Source of the DNA: Eledone cirrhosa
Lineage: Eukaryota
NCBI GenBank assembly: GCA_964016885.1
Contig: OZ024743.1
Span: 168,702,001 to 168,766,000, forward strand
DNA length: 64,000 nucleotides
Direction: 5' to 3'
In this document: in pieces, positions 12,065-27,542 of the stretch
Position numbering within the stretch: the stretch's first letter is position 1
How the letters are laid out: every line of letters begins with the position of its first letter
The notes under the pieces: generated by a model
Told to the model about the DNA's origin: nothing
Databases searched by the model: none
What the model saw: the letters and a program-made list of their open reading frames with translations, nothing else
Translations under genes and position numbers: made by a program

Positions 12065-12166
12065 AATTGTTTCTACTTTTGGCACAAGGCCAGCAATTAT
12101 CCCTGTGTATAACTGGTACTTTATTTTATCGACCCCGTAAGGATGAAAGGCAAAGTTTACCTCGGT
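12065..12166 (-). mobile_element. SINE family A, 5'-truncated
   Basis: 3' half of the consensus. Confidence 0.8.
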
Positions 12167-12837
12167 AATGCGATATTTCCCTGTTGTGTTAGTAAGGATT
12201 TAGTGCTGGATAAGTTAAACAGCTGTTCAAGGTTCTCAGTCAATTATCCTCTAATGAAAAAGAGGAAGGAAATTCTGACAGATCATAACACGTGATTGTT
12301 GGTAGTTAAATTCAGACAAAGGAATTCGCGCCAAAAACGACTATATGCATATGTGCATACATATATATATGCATATGCGCATACATACATATAAAAATGT
12401 TTACGTATATATACACGTATATATACACGCAAATAAAATCTGATTTCAGTCAAATATTCAACATTCAAAATTTAATTTTAGGTAATATATATATATATAT
12501 ATATATATATTACCTAAAATTAAATTTTGAATGTTGAATATATATATATATAGTTATGTAAGATAGTTATGTAAGATAATTATTTCATTTACCAGTGGTT
12601 TCTTGAAGGCAGATGTCATGTCTGTCTTCAGTCGTCAGACATAACATCTGCCTTCAAGAAACCACTGATAAATGAAATAATTATCTTATGTTGTTTAAGA
12701 CATAGCTAATAAGCTCTGTAGCCTACATAGAGCAATCTTTTATCCTATATATATATATATTTATATATATATATATAAGGAAAAAAGATGAAATCGAAAA
12801 TGCAACTGGAGTCTTTTTAAATAATATATATATATAT

Positions 12838-13200
12838 GAATGTAGGGTTAATACCAACAACCAAACCTTCACCTATATCGGAGCCATAGCTAATCAATTT
12901 AAGGAACGCTGGTACAATCACTGCCACACCTTTAGGAGAGTTGATAAGAAACACAGCACCACCCTCTCAGAACTGGTGTGGCGTCTCAAACATGATAACG
13001 TAGAATACACCTTGTCATGGTCCAAGGTAGCCTCATCCCAACACTACAGAGGGGGTGGACATGACTCACGCGTTTTCTGTGTAACCGAGATTATGAAAAT
13101 AATCAAGAAGGGTGCTCGAGTTATCAATGAAAGGAGTAACCTCTTCAGCACCTGCCTCCACAGATCATCTGGAACCTTCCTCAAACTGTACGGACTAACA
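12838..13200 (+). pseudogene. Penelope-like GIY-YIG endonuclease fragment
   Basis: CRVNTNNQTFTYIGAIANQFKERWYNH..STTLSELVWRLK..INERSNLFSTCLH. Confidence 0.8.
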
Positions 13201-14686
13201 ACATGGTTCTATTAGTTGACTATTGCAAACTTGACCGTGGAAGCCGGGCGAGGCCACACAACAACTCGAGCGTCATGCGAACCTTGGATATCTTGATTGC
13301 ACACCTGGTGTCTCTGTGTATACATGTTTCATGTCCCTTGTTCCCCCATTCTCTATTTATATACCTACTGTTGTTTTTTTTATGTATTTTTGTCCCGTTC
13401 TTTTATTATTGTCTTCTCGATTTGTTATCTGCTTGTTGCTGTCCCTACTTTCGCTTCCCGTAACTCTCTTCCATAGTGTAAAAGCCCTTTTAATAGTATT
13501 GTTCCCACTGTGGTTAAAACTGAATGATATTGTGGTTAACCGTTTTTTTTCTGCACTGTATTTATTGCTAGCCTTGTGCCTTAGAATGATAGAGAGGAAT
13601 GTATTAACTGTGCATGTATTTATTTATATATATAAATACCCATCTATATTTCTATCCCATTTTCGCTTCCTTGTTTCAACGGACTACTATTGTGGTTAGT
13701 TTATTTTTCATGGAAGCGTGGCCTGTTCCTGTTGCCGCCCTCACCGTTGTGGGATCATCACTGGTGCTGTTATTGTTGTTCGTGTTTCCAATGGGCTTGA
13801 TACCACCTCTACTACGACGAACGGGATAGGTGATGGGCGGTGTTAATGTTTGTTGCCGTTACCATTGTTGTTGTTGCTATATATGGTCATGGTGATTGAT
13901 ACCACCAATTTTGTGTACCTACCTACCTCAAACTCTTTTTTATTGCTTTGGTGTTATCGCTGTTATTGTCGACAGGGTGATACCGTCACTACGACTGCTA
14001 CGGCCTGTGTACACGGCGCTGGTCTGTGGTTTTGTTGTTGTTGTCGTTGTTGTTGTTGTAAGTGTTTACTGTAGCTGTTGCTTTCGTTGTTATTGTCAGT
14101 GGGGGTAGCAATATCACTACGACTATTGCGGCCAGTGTGGACGATATTGGTCGGCGGTTTGCTGTTATTGTTGTTATTGTAGTTGTCGTTGTCGTTGTTG
14201 TTGTTGTTGTAGCTGTTGTCTATAGGTGGTTGTCAAAAAAATATACACCCTCAGGGCTCCATTTATTGCTTCCACTGTCTACTGGGGTTTGGCTACACAC
14301 AGTTTTTCGTTATTTTTGTGTTTTATTCGTTGATAGATTTTTCTAGCAAACACGACAGCTGGCAAACCCTTCAAGGAAATCATGTGTCTGCTGGGCACAC
14401 AAGCAAGAGGACGTGTGTTTTTCCTGCCAGTGACATATCAAAAATATCGGTTTTTCATCTGAGGATACCGTTCTCATAACCAACAGCAAATGCATGAAGG
14501 ACATTTCGATTGCATGGAGAACCGTGGGAATAATTATAATGATTAAACGATATATGTAACCGCAGCACCTTATTTTGTTATTTTTATAAAATTCTCCATC
14601 GTAACTAAAAATAACGATTGTTGAGAGCTTTCTCGTTCTTACTCCAGTTTTTACCAAATAAATCTTTTCCGAGCACAATATATAAA

Positions 14687-14717
<31 letters not shown>

Positions 14718-14726
<9 letters not shown>

Positions 14727-14904
14727 AATGAATAATAACAGGTAGACATCATAAAAAGGTAATTTATTCCGTGTGCTTACAAATGTTTCCACGGTGGTAC
14801 TACAGGCTAGTTATGCTATGTGCAAATTTACAGAACTCAAATATCCAATGCTGTGACCACTGTATCCTCAGAGCAGAATCATGTTATTATTCATTCTTTA
14901 TATA
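14718..14904. mobile_element. 187-bp unit with 23-bp terminal inverted repeats containing a hammerhead
   Basis: TATATAAAGAATGAATAATAACA at 14718-14740 is inverted at 14882-14904. Confidence 0.7.
14766..14880 (-). ncRNA. Hammerhead with 75-nt stem II domain
   Basis: Minus: UGCU-CUGAGGA-UACAGUGGU..ACCACCGUG-GAAAC-AUUU-GUA-AGCA. Confidence 0.75.
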
Positions 14905-15400
14905 CACTCCGGAATACAGAAGGATCAGGAACTAAGTTTCTTCAACAATTCTTCCATAACTCGTAGAGTAACCTCTCACCGTGCGTCAACCAAATCCAGT
15001 GTAGTAATTAACCATTAAAACATCTTGGGTAATCCTATACCAAATATATATATATATATATATATATATAAGTATGTACACCTACATACATATATGTATG
15101 CAGACGTACAGTAGTATGTATATATATTAACATACATGCACACATATATATATGTACGTATGGATTCACCGAACATTTATTATAATGCTCGGTGTGTTTG
15201 TAAAGCTTGAAACTATATTTAACTTATATTTAAACTTATATTTAAGTAACAGACGTACTAAGAGTGAGAAATGAAATTTTGTTTCATTTTTTCCGTTTAT
15301 CGTTTTCGGTGCGCCCGGCCGATTAACCCAATCGATATGCAAATTGGGCTACTCAGCCGTTAATATGCATAAGGTAAGTATATACGTTCAACAATCTGGC

Positions 15401-15457
15401 AGGAAGGTATACGTTGCTGACGATAGCTAATAAGCTTGAAACTAGTACAGCGTTCCT
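15401..15457 (+). ncRNA. Minimal type I hammerhead ribozyme
   Basis: ACGTTG-CTGACGA-tAGCTaataAGCTt-GAAAC-TA-GTA-CAGCGT. Stem I extends after a bulge with AGGA/TCCT. Confidence 0.85.
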
Positions 15458-15719
15458 TTGTCAGTGTTGAACAAACGAGCAACGATGGTTGCTGGACACT
15501 ACGGCTTAATACGGGATGTTTGTTTACAAACACACCGAGCATTATAATAAATGTTCGGTGCATCCATACGTACATATATATATATGTGTGCATGTATGTA
15601 TATGTATATACATACTACTGTACGTCTGTATACATATATGTATGTACGTGTACATACTTATATTTAAGTAACAGCCGTACTAAGAGTGGGAAATGAAATT
15701 TCGTTTCATTTTTTCTGTT

Positions 15720-17244
<1,525 letters not shown>

Positions 17245-17929
17245 TGACAAAGTTAGATCTAAATCTGTACAGAGTAGGTAACCGAGATTGCGCCATTATG
17301 TATATTTATATACACATTTGTGCCATCCCGGTTAACCACTCTGTATAGATGCAGATCTAATCGTTATACTTGTTGAGGGTCATATTGTTGTAATAATATT
17401 GCTAGAAATAATAACATAACAGAACACACTCATTGTTTGGTTTGTTTTCGCTTCTGCATCTTTTATATGTCCATATTTAATTTATTTGGCAATCAATGTT
17501 TATCATTGACTGACCAACGGTTAAAAATACAGATAAAAATATATATATATATATTCTCACAAAGTTCTTTCGTTGCAGATATGCAACATCATCAGTGGTA
17601 CTATTATCATGTTCCCTCCTAGTGTGTTGTGTTGTAGTGTTTACGCCATTTTTATTTTATTTATTTATATATTTATTTATTTATTTATTTTGTCTCCGTC
17701 TCTGCGCATGCGTTTGTGTGTATAATGTTTGGTGTGTGTGTTCGTGTTTGGGTGTATGTGTTTTGGTTTTTGTATTCTACCTTAGATTACTAGTGTGTGT
17801 TTATATGTGTTTGTTGTTATTGTACTTCTGTATATATTTATTTATTTATTTATATCTCTCTTAAGTCAGTATTGTTTGTTTGGGTATGTTTGTTGTTGTT
17901 ATTCCATTCATTTTTTCTGTTTTACTTTG

Positions 17930-18610
17930 GCTTTCTAAGCTCTATTTCGCTCGCTTCTCTGACTTGCCTACCTGTTGGGTCATTCCTATATTTAGATATT
18001 ATTTTAATTTCTATGTTGTCTATGTTACCGTCATGTTCTAGTCTGGCGTGTACTGATCCGTTTTTTTTTGTCTTTTTAATTTCCCCCAGTGTTGGTCTAT
18101 TCTTTCTCCTATGCTTCGAGCTGTCTCACCTATGTATGTCGTTGTCATGTTTCTGCAAGTACCCTCTGTACATCTTATGCTATAGACTACATTTCTAGTT
18201 TTACACTTTATCTGGGCGTTCAGTTTACATATAACACATTTCTTATTAGTACAGTGGGTTTTATTAAAGGGGTGTGTTTTGCTGATCAGGGATTTTATGG
18301 TAGTTCCTGGCTTTTCTACCACTTTAGTCTTTAAGTGGGTCTTTCTCAGGACCTTTCTACATTGGTTAGAAAATTTACCTCCAGGGTCATTTCAAGTCTG
18401 CTTTGTCTCTAAGTATATTGGTCTACTACCTGTCTAAGTTTATTTCTAGCTATGGTGAACTGTGCCTCTGTTTCGTCATCTATTTGTTGTGGTAAACAAA
18501 CTCTTTTATTAAAAGGTAACCTAGTGGGATACATTTTATTCAACGTATATGTTTTGTCAGCTGGGTTGAAGAACAGGTTCTCTAAGGGATTGTCTTTATA
18601 TCTATCGTCA
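17930..18610 (-). pseudogene. Penelope-like GIY-YIG endonuclease fragment
   Basis: CTNKKCVIC..CKTRNVVYSIRC..TYIGETARSIGERIDQH (18038-18322). Confidence 0.85.
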
Positions 18611-18751
18611 TAGTTGTGCGTGTTGCTATTATTGTTATTATGGTGGTTGTTGTTCCTACCATTACCATTATTATTCTTATGATTGTTAGATGTATTGTTG
18701 TTGTTCTCTCTATTGTTATTGTTGTTGTTACTGTTATTTCTACCATTGTGG

Positions 18752-18789
<38 letters not shown>

Positions 18790-18790
<1 letters not shown>

Positions 18791-21700
18791 CCTCATCCCC
18801 CTCGGCTTCCGCCTACACCCCCCCCCCCCCCCGCTTCCCCCTCCACCCAACGTAACCTCACCCGATCCTCGCGCCTCCTAATGCGCAACTCCATCCGCAC
18901 CTCCCGCTCCACAATCCGCAAACTTGACTACCAACTGACCCCCACCCTCCTCCGCCTTAAGCCTTAACTCCACCTGCCACCCCCTCCTTGCCCACGCCAT
19001 CCTCATCTTCATCCAAAACCTCAACCACGACCTCTTCTCCTTCCTCACCTCCACCAAAGCCCGTAAGCTACACCCACTCGTCCCAACCACCCCCATCCAC
19101 CACCACCCGCCCATCCTATAAGCCCCCCCCCCATCCCACCCATCCCCACCGCTCTCCACCCCTCCCTCTACCCACATCCCTACCCAATCTCCACCCTCCA
19201 CCTCACCCCTCACGAAACCCTCCCTTCCTCCCTCACACACCCAAACCCCACCACTTGTTGTCACCATACCCCCGTGACCTCCCCCTCTCCGCACCTGAGC
19301 GCTCACTCCTTAGTAGAGGTCTTCGCTTTATACCCCACACTCCGCACAGCGACGAGTTCCGCACCCGAACGGAAGTCGAGCGATTCGTGCGACGCACGAA
19401 GCTACAGGCACATTTCGGTCAAACGCCACCGGCTCCGAACGCCTCAGACCCGTCTATCGCCCTGGGCCGACGACCATCTTCTTGGACGCCGGCCCCAGGG
19501 CAATTTAGCATCCTGCATCGTTCGTCAATGCCACCCGTAGCGCCGTAAATCGTTTCGACTTCCGCCACCGTTCCAAACGGAATAACATCTCACGGGGCGA
19601 ACTCCTAGCTCTCCGCTCCCTCCGTAACCGAGATGACATCGTCATCAAAGCGGCGGACAAGGGAGGCGCCGTGGTGGTGTGGGGCGCGGACCTCTACACG
19701 GCCGAAGCCCTCAGGCAGCTCCGTAACCCCCTCTACCCTCCGATCCCACACCCCTCTACCAACAAGTTTCCTCCACCATCCAACACCTTGTCTCCTCCTC
19801 CCTCCTCCCTCCCCCACCGCTTCCCACCTCATCGTCCGCACCCCCCGCACCCCCTATATCTACTTCCTCTCCAAACTCCACAAACCCGACAACCCCCGCC
19901 GCCCCATCGTCTCCGCTTGCAACTGCCCCACCGAACTCATCTCCGCCTTTCTTGATTCCATCCTCGCCCCCCTTGCCACCAGCCTCCCCTCCCACATCTC
20001 CGACACCAACCACGCCCTGCGCCTTTTCGACTCCTTCACCTACCCACCCGGCCCACAGCCCTTCCTCTTCACCCTAGATATCAAGTCCCTCTATACCGTC
20101 ATCACCCACGCCGTCATCCCCGACGAGCTACGTGCCCTCAAGCACTACGTCGACCTTCGCCCCTCCCCCATCCCCTCCACCCCCACCCTCATTCGCCTCG
20201 CCGAGCTGGTCCTCACCCTCAACTGTTTCTCCTTCTAGGGTGAGTTTAACCAACAGGTCACGGGGGTAGCCATGGGTACAAGAATGGGCCCAAACTATGC
20301 CAACCTTTTTGTTGGCCATATTGAGGCCCAAATCCTTGCCCAGTACACCGGCCCCACGCCCGAACTGTACGGTCGTTACATCGACGACTGTATCGGAGCC
20401 ACGACCCTCACCCGAGAACAGCTCGACTCCTTTCTCTCCTTCTTCTGCTCCTTCCACCCCTCCCTCCACTTCACCACCTCTATCTCCACCACCCACGTCC
20501 ACTTCTTAGACATCTCCGTCGCCTTCGACCCATCCCACCACTCCCTCGTCACCTCCGCCTTCTTCAAACCCACCGACTCCCACTCCTACCTCGACTTCAC
20601 CTCTTCCTACCCTACACAAACTAAACACTCTATTCCCTACTCCCAACTCCTCAGGATCCGCCGCCTCTGTAGCCGAGATGCTGACTTTGAGTCCCAGGCC
20701 CTTTCCCTAGTCAGCCATTTCATCCGCAGAGGTTACCCCACTCTCTCGTCCACACCGCTCTCACCCGCGCCCGTGCTGTCCACCGCTCCACCACCCTCAC
20801 CCCACGCCACTGCACACTCACCCACCGTCTCCCCTTCCCCATCACCTACCACCCTTCTACCATACCCCTCCACCGCACCATGCTCCGCCTCTTCCGACGC
20901 CTCCAGTCTGACCCCTCCACCTCCCACATCTTCCCAGCCCCACCACTCCGCTCCTTCAATCGCGCACGCAATCTCCGCATCCTCTTCGTCCACAGCTCCC
21001 TACCCCCCAACCCACGCTCTCCGTCCACCCCCGGTTCCCTTCCCTGTTCCAGGCCCCGCTGCAACACCTATCCCCACATCAGCAACACCACCACCTTCCA
21101 GGGTCCCAACGGCCACTCTCTCTCTGTCCGGCATGCCTTCCGCTGCACCTCCTCCAACCTAGTCTACGGACTTCGCTGCACGGAGTGCAACGCAACCTAC
21201 GTCAGACAGACTGGACGTCGCCTGGCGGACCGGTTTACCGAACACCTCCGAGATATTCGTCTCGGTGGTAGTTGCCCCATCGCCCGCCACTTTGGTGCCC
21301 CTGGACATTCCGCACACCACCTCACAGTCTGTGGCCTACTCCAATGCCACGGAACACCCACCACTCTCCTCAGGGTCGAACAACGAACCATCTTCACCCT
21401 ACAGACCCACACTCACCCCGGCCTGAACTCCCCACCCTTATTCCTTTAGCTTTCGACCGCCCCCCTCCCCCCATACATATCCCCCACTAACACCACTTCC
21501 CCCTCCTTTTCACCGCCCACCCCACAACTAACAATACTAACACCTCCACCCCATACCTGACCACCCTTTCCCAACTAACATATAAACATCCCTCCCTTCT
21601 GCCCCCCCCTTTCACGCGCACACACCCACCGGTACATATATACAGGCGCTCACACTAAACACACACCCTACTACCACCACTAACCCTCACCCCCACACAT

Positions 21701-23044
21701 CCACCCCACCACTCCGCAACTAACATCACTAACACCCCCCGACCCCACGCACACGAACACACACACCCAATTACACCATCCACTCTACACGCAACTAACA
21801 TCACTACCCCCCCAACCCTACGTAGACGAACACACACACCCACTCTACACACCCTACAACCACTGACCCCCACTCACACCCGCATTCAACCCTTTCCTCA
21901 CCTCCAGTATACTAACACCCACTAACACCCCCTTCACTACACACACTCATCCAAACACGCACACACACACCCGTACACTACACTCCCTCCACCAACCCCC
22001 TTCTCTCCCCGCTCCACCTACACCCTTTCTCACACACACATCCCACTAACACCTCTACTAATACACCCCCCTCCTCACTCCAACATTCACACCTACCCAT
22101 CCTCTCCCCTGTCAACCGCACCTCCACACACACTGACACACCGACTTTCTTCACTTACCATTCTACCCGACTGCTGTTATGCCCTTATCTCTGACCACCT
22201 CCCCGCACACACAGACACACAACCCTCCTCCTGCCTTGACCCTCTGACCACTTCCTGTTGCGCGCGCACCCCACATCTCCCCTCTTCCAGCCAACCACGG
22301 ATTACACATATTGAACATCGATTCCTAGAATCCACCACATCCAAAAGGATATTACCCAGCATTCCACCACATCCTCTACGGAACTAACTTAAGGACTCGC
22401 CCACTGACATACACTCAAAACATTTTTTCCCACACGCCACCTACATCCACAACACGCATAAACACCACACACACAAGTGCGTACCACCACATATTTAAAC
22501 ACTCAGCCTCCGGAATCCTCTCCCCCCACCCCTCTGACCCCTCCCCATCCACACACGCACACACACTCCGACCTACACCCCACCCCACACACACCTCTTC
22601 CTGAACATGCAACCCCGTTCTTCCCCCAACTCTTACTTTCACATACACACACACACACACACGTACACCTACACACACACACCACCTTCCGCCCTTCACG
22701 CTCGGACACCTCGCCTCCCTCTCCGCACTCCACCCACCACCGCCTCTACACACCCCACACCCTTCCACCACTTGTTTTACTTCATGTTTATTTTTATTTT
22801 TATTATGCTTTTATATTTAATTTCATTTGTACCGATTCCTCTCACCCCTTTTTTCTATATGTCTCTCCACCACTCCCCTACACACCCTTGGAACTCTCTT
22901 CCCACACACTTTTCACCCGAAGAAGGTCTTATGCCCGAAACGTCGTTCCCCACCACCACCACCCCACTCTCAAGAGCGTGAAACTAATAAACCTTTGTTC
23001 GTACTGCCTCTCTGTTTTGTTCCCGTTCAATTTTTTACTAAATA

Positions 23045-23045
<1 letters not shown>
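18790..23045 (+). mobile_element. Penelope-like element, near full length, C-rich, frameshifted
   Basis: LSRGLRFIP; ADKGGAVVV (19650-19680); KLHKPDNPRRPIVS, LDIKSLYT, GVAMGTRMGPNYANLF, RYIDD; GIY-YIG CTSSNLVYGLRC..YVRQTGRRLADRFTEH; 3' hammerhead. Confidence 0.92.
22912..22948 (+). ncRNA. PLE pLTR minimal hammerhead (core variant CCGAAGA)
   Basis: CCGAAGA-aGGtcttatgCCc-GAAACGTC, with palindromic ACGT as stem III. Stem I is weak. Confidence 0.65.
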
Positions 23046-23395
<350 letters not shown>

Positions 23396-23487
23396 GTTTG
23401 CATATGTATATTAAAGCCATAACAATGCAGGTATAGACAGAATAAAGAATGCAAATGCAAAAGATATTGTTGACAATTTATTTAAAT

Positions 23488-23526
23488 GTCCTTAATTTTC
23501 GAGATAATATCTCTTCTTCGGAGGGA
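23488..23526 (-). ncRNA. Minimal hammerhead (core variant CCGAAGA)
   Basis: Minus: CCU-CCGAAGA-aGAGAUauuAUCUC-GAAA-A-UUA-AGG. Confidence 0.6.
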
Positions 23527-23977
23527 AGTAAAGCGGTTAAACCAGTGTTCTAAATAGCTTGCCAAGTCATGCTGACAGGAATTATATACATATATACACA
23601 CACATATATATATATATATATATACACATATATATGTATGTATATATATATATATATATATATATACAAATATAAATTAGCGAGAATCGTATTTCGGCTA
23701 TTGGAAATTAGCGAAAAACAACTTCCGAGATGTGTGGCAAGCGCTCCATAGAAGGTAGTGAACTAGAGCTACAACATAAGTTAAATGACCAAACATACTG
23801 AGACGATGGTTAAACCATTATCCGCACAGCCATAGAAACGACCAGGTAATTCTGGTCAAACAAAATAAAATATTGAAAAATTGAAAATTATAAATTTCGA
23901 ACTAACCTGGAAGGTTGGTAAAGTCCAGCATTTGGGTTTCTACAACTCCTAAATTAGGTACTGTCTGCTTAGACAAA

Positions 23978-24168
23978 TAATTGTTTCTATTTTAGGCACA
24001 AGGCCAACAATTATCCGAGGGTATAACTGGTACTTTATTTTATCGACCCCGTAAGGATGAAATGCAAAGTTAACCTCGGCGGAATTTGAACTCAGTCCGT
24101 AAAGGGGCGTAACTGTGCTGCAAATCATGGTGTCCGACCCTCTACCGATACTGCCTATCCACCGCCCT
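23978..24168 (-). mobile_element. tRNA-derived SINE, family A
   Basis: Full-length, with ACAAATAAT duplicated at the flanks. Confidence 0.9.
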
Positions 24169-24419
24169 ATACAAATAATGTTAATATTTTGGTAAGATGA
24201 TTGAACAAGGAAGACACTTTCTCAACAGGCTTTTAGTTCAAGTGCCAAACCAAGGACTGACCGTTATCAAAACCCACGTGGGGCTCGACAAGGTGGGAAA
24301 CCCTTAGTTTTGGCGGATGAATTCAGTATGTGTGTCATTCAAAAGTAGAAACAATTATTGCAAATTGCAAAATATCACAAAACGAATTAAGTTCTCAACA
24401 GAATGGTTATTGATATATC

Positions 24420-25755
24420 AATAACGAAGGAAGTGTGGTAAGGAACCAGGTGGACTATAACGCACCAGAGTACTCAATACTTAGGGTAGTAGAGTGGGTA
24501 ATAGAAAAAGAGTCAGGACCCCAACGGCTGAGCTCCGGCTGTTTCGACTGCTAGATCTCAACTAATCCAGTAGTGTGGGGACGGTAGTAATCTAGCTGAA
24601 CTTATCAAGGGGTACAGTCCACATATGGTCATGTAATGAAAATATAGCAAACAATTCTAAAAATGGTTGCTTTTCTTTTCTGTCACGGGAAGTGGTCAAA
24701 GATTTTGGATGTCATATACATAGTTAAATTCCTTCATAGCGGCATGGGGTGGGTTGGCTGAACGTGCCTGTAGAACAAAGGAGGGGGAGTAAGATGACAT
24801 TCTGACCTGTGGATGCCAGGCCGGTAATACGTTAAGAGAGAATTCTTTACAGCTATCTCTAAAGGGGATAAGAACATATGATAAACAAGGAATGTTGTAG
24901 AGTGAATATGAGTATGCCAGATCTAGCAGGTGGCTAAAGAACAAAGCAAATATAATTTAATACTAATTAAATTCCTAATTAATAGAATTTAGTTGTTAGT
25001 TACTCTAATGTACTAGAACGGCACCTCAATGTAGATTGTTTCTAAAAAGAAATCATCAACATTGACCTTGTTTTTTGGCCGCAAAGATGATTCAGAGTTA
25101 TTAGAATACTAATTCCATCCCTAGCAGAAAGCCATTGCGGGCAAGGGTGTCGTTTTAATAAGGGACAGAGGCACTAAAGATGTCTTCATTGGCTAAGAGA
25201 CCGGAAATTCTAAGTGAAACACTTTTAACTAAATTATCTGTATAATTTTGGGGATGGTTCGAACTAACATCAATGTATCTAAGAGATTCGTTAGGTTTAT
25301 GGTACGGGTAATAGAGGGAAGTATCTAAATTCTGACATCTAAAACGTTGGCCCAAGTCATAATTGATTCTTTAGTTATTCTAAATCCTAGATTACGGAAG
25401 AACGAGGTTAAGTTTTTCTGAAACCCATCAGTGGTTCTGGGATTAACCTTGTGCAAAGTAAATAGGTCATCGCCTCAGTATAATCCTCAGGTCAGGCCTG
25501 TGAAGAGGTTCTTCGGGTGGTGTAGGATGTACAGGTCCACCAAGGACGCTAACTTCAGCTGAGTCACTTGCTCCCATACTGACGTCACATGGGGTCTCAG
25601 ACTTCTTGTTAATCCAGTAAGACCCCCTGTGGTGTAAAAAGGGCTTGGAGGATCACATTGAGCGTGGAGGATCACATCCTGCTCAGCGTCGGTGATGGAG
25701 GTAAAATTCCTGAGATAGAAGTATAGTAGTCTTCTATGTTCACTTGCAGAAAACG
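24420..25755 (-). mobile_element. Decayed Penelope-like element (RT remnant plus terminal repeat)
   Basis: Minus: DVSMGASDSAEV, GLY.GDDLF, LDTSLYYPYHKPNESLRYIDVSSNHP. 24420-24555 matches 51800-51930 inverted. Confidence 0.7.
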
Positions 25756-26330
25756 GGTGTTAGGTTTATCGGTCAATTCTTGGAAACAAGAGATTGCCTC
25801 AGAGGTTCTGCCCCATATATATATATATATATATTCGTTAAAGAACTTACAATTAATTTGGTTTAAAATTGCATGGTCTGGTTTAAGTATTAGAATGAAT
25901 TTTCTGTGTACTTATATCTATTATGTATATAGTTATGTGTATGTCTGGAATTTCGTAAGCATTGTGTAGTAGTGTATGTTGCTATGTGTACAATTATTAG
26001 TTTTCTTGTCATTTTATGCTTATCATTTATGCATGTATATGCATACATTGCATTATAGTTGATATTGTTATTGTGAATAAACATTATGAATGTTTGTTGA
26101 TTGTTTTTGTGGAAGAGGGGGAGTAGGAGGAGGATTAAAAGAGAATTTGATGCGGTTGTTGCCCTTGCTATATCCCCGCTCTACTTTAGCTACATCAGAT
26201 ATTTAGGTCATTTTGAAATGAATACAAATAAGCCTGTAAGATTCACATGTGAAACCCCGCTCCCAACACACACACACGTAGTACATCAGCTCGCATGCAC
26301 ACACACAAATACAATCTCTATATGTGATTG

Positions 26331-26373
<43 letters not shown>

Positions 26374-26437
26374 TGTTTAATATAGAAATGGCATTTACAG
26401 AACTAGAACTGATTCATTCAAAAGAAATAAACAGGAA

Positions 26438-26552
<115 letters not shown>

Positions 26553-27147
26553 GTATATATATATATAAGGGTAATGTGTGATTGGATACGGATACACACA
26601 TGCTTTCTCTGCAAAACCTTTTTTCCGTTTCTTTCTTGACTCACTCTTTTCTATCTTTCTATTTCTTCATTTGTTTCTCATTCAATCTTCTAATGAAGAA
26701 CTAGCATCTGAAACGTTATCACTCTTTTCTTACTTCATGAAGCGTTAAACTAACATGTATATCTTCATTGTACTGTATTGCTTGCTTTGTGGCTTTCTGT
26801 TTACTTTTCGCATACGCATATATGTGCGTATCTGCACGTGTATGTGAGTGTTATTTATATTAATGACCAACTCAATTAAAGGACCCCTCGTCAAAAGTAA
26901 CCTGGCTACGCTCTTACTAAAGTCATTGCTTAAACTTCTAAGAATCACTGAGAGATGGTTAGAATTTATATGAATACCTCGCAGTTTTTCGTTACGTTCA
27001 CAAACAGGAGCAGTATTCACCAACGTCTAAAAAACAATGCTATAAAAAAATGGGAAATAAAATTTATATCCTTCTATATATTTTGAATATTCATTCTAGT
27101 GTAGCAAGGATTTCTCTGAGCCTTATAAATTATCATTTCCCTGTAAA

Positions 27148-27332
27148 TAATTATTTCTATTTTTGGCACAAGGCCAACAATTACCCAGTACATTACTGGT
27201 ACTTTATTTTATCGACCCCGTAAGGATGAAAGGCAAAGTTAACCTCGGCGGCATTTGAACTCAGATCATAAAGGGACGTAACTCTATGCTTCAAAGCATG
27301 GTGTCCGACTCTCTACCGATACTACCAATCCA
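27148..27332 (-). mobile_element. SINE family A with 18-bp TSD
   Basis: CATTTCCCTGTAAATAAT at 27134-27151 and 27331-27348. Confidence 0.9.
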
Positions 27333-27344
27333 TTTCCCTGTAAA

Positions 27345-27542
27345 TAATGGTTTCTGATTTAGGCACAAAGCCAACAGAATAGGGAAGGGAGAAGTCGATT
27401 AAATCGACCCCTGTGCGTTAATGGTACTTTATTTTATCGACCCCCATAAGGATGACAGGCAAAACTAATCTCGGCAAAATTAGAACTCAGAATGTAAAGG
27501 GCCGTAACTATTCGACAAAACATGTTCGACACTCCACCGATT
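27345..27542 (-). mobile_element. Older related tRNA-SINE subfamily
   Basis: Same TTTATCGACCCC..GGATGA core with a different 3' tail. Confidence 0.8.

Noticed and set aside
24243-24316. Possible HHR CTGACCG..CCAC/GTGG-GAAAC
   Set aside because: The core and spacing deviate too far to call.
26688-26722. CTAATGA-AGA..TCT-GAAACGTTA
   Set aside because: G5 is mutated and stem I is unconvincing.
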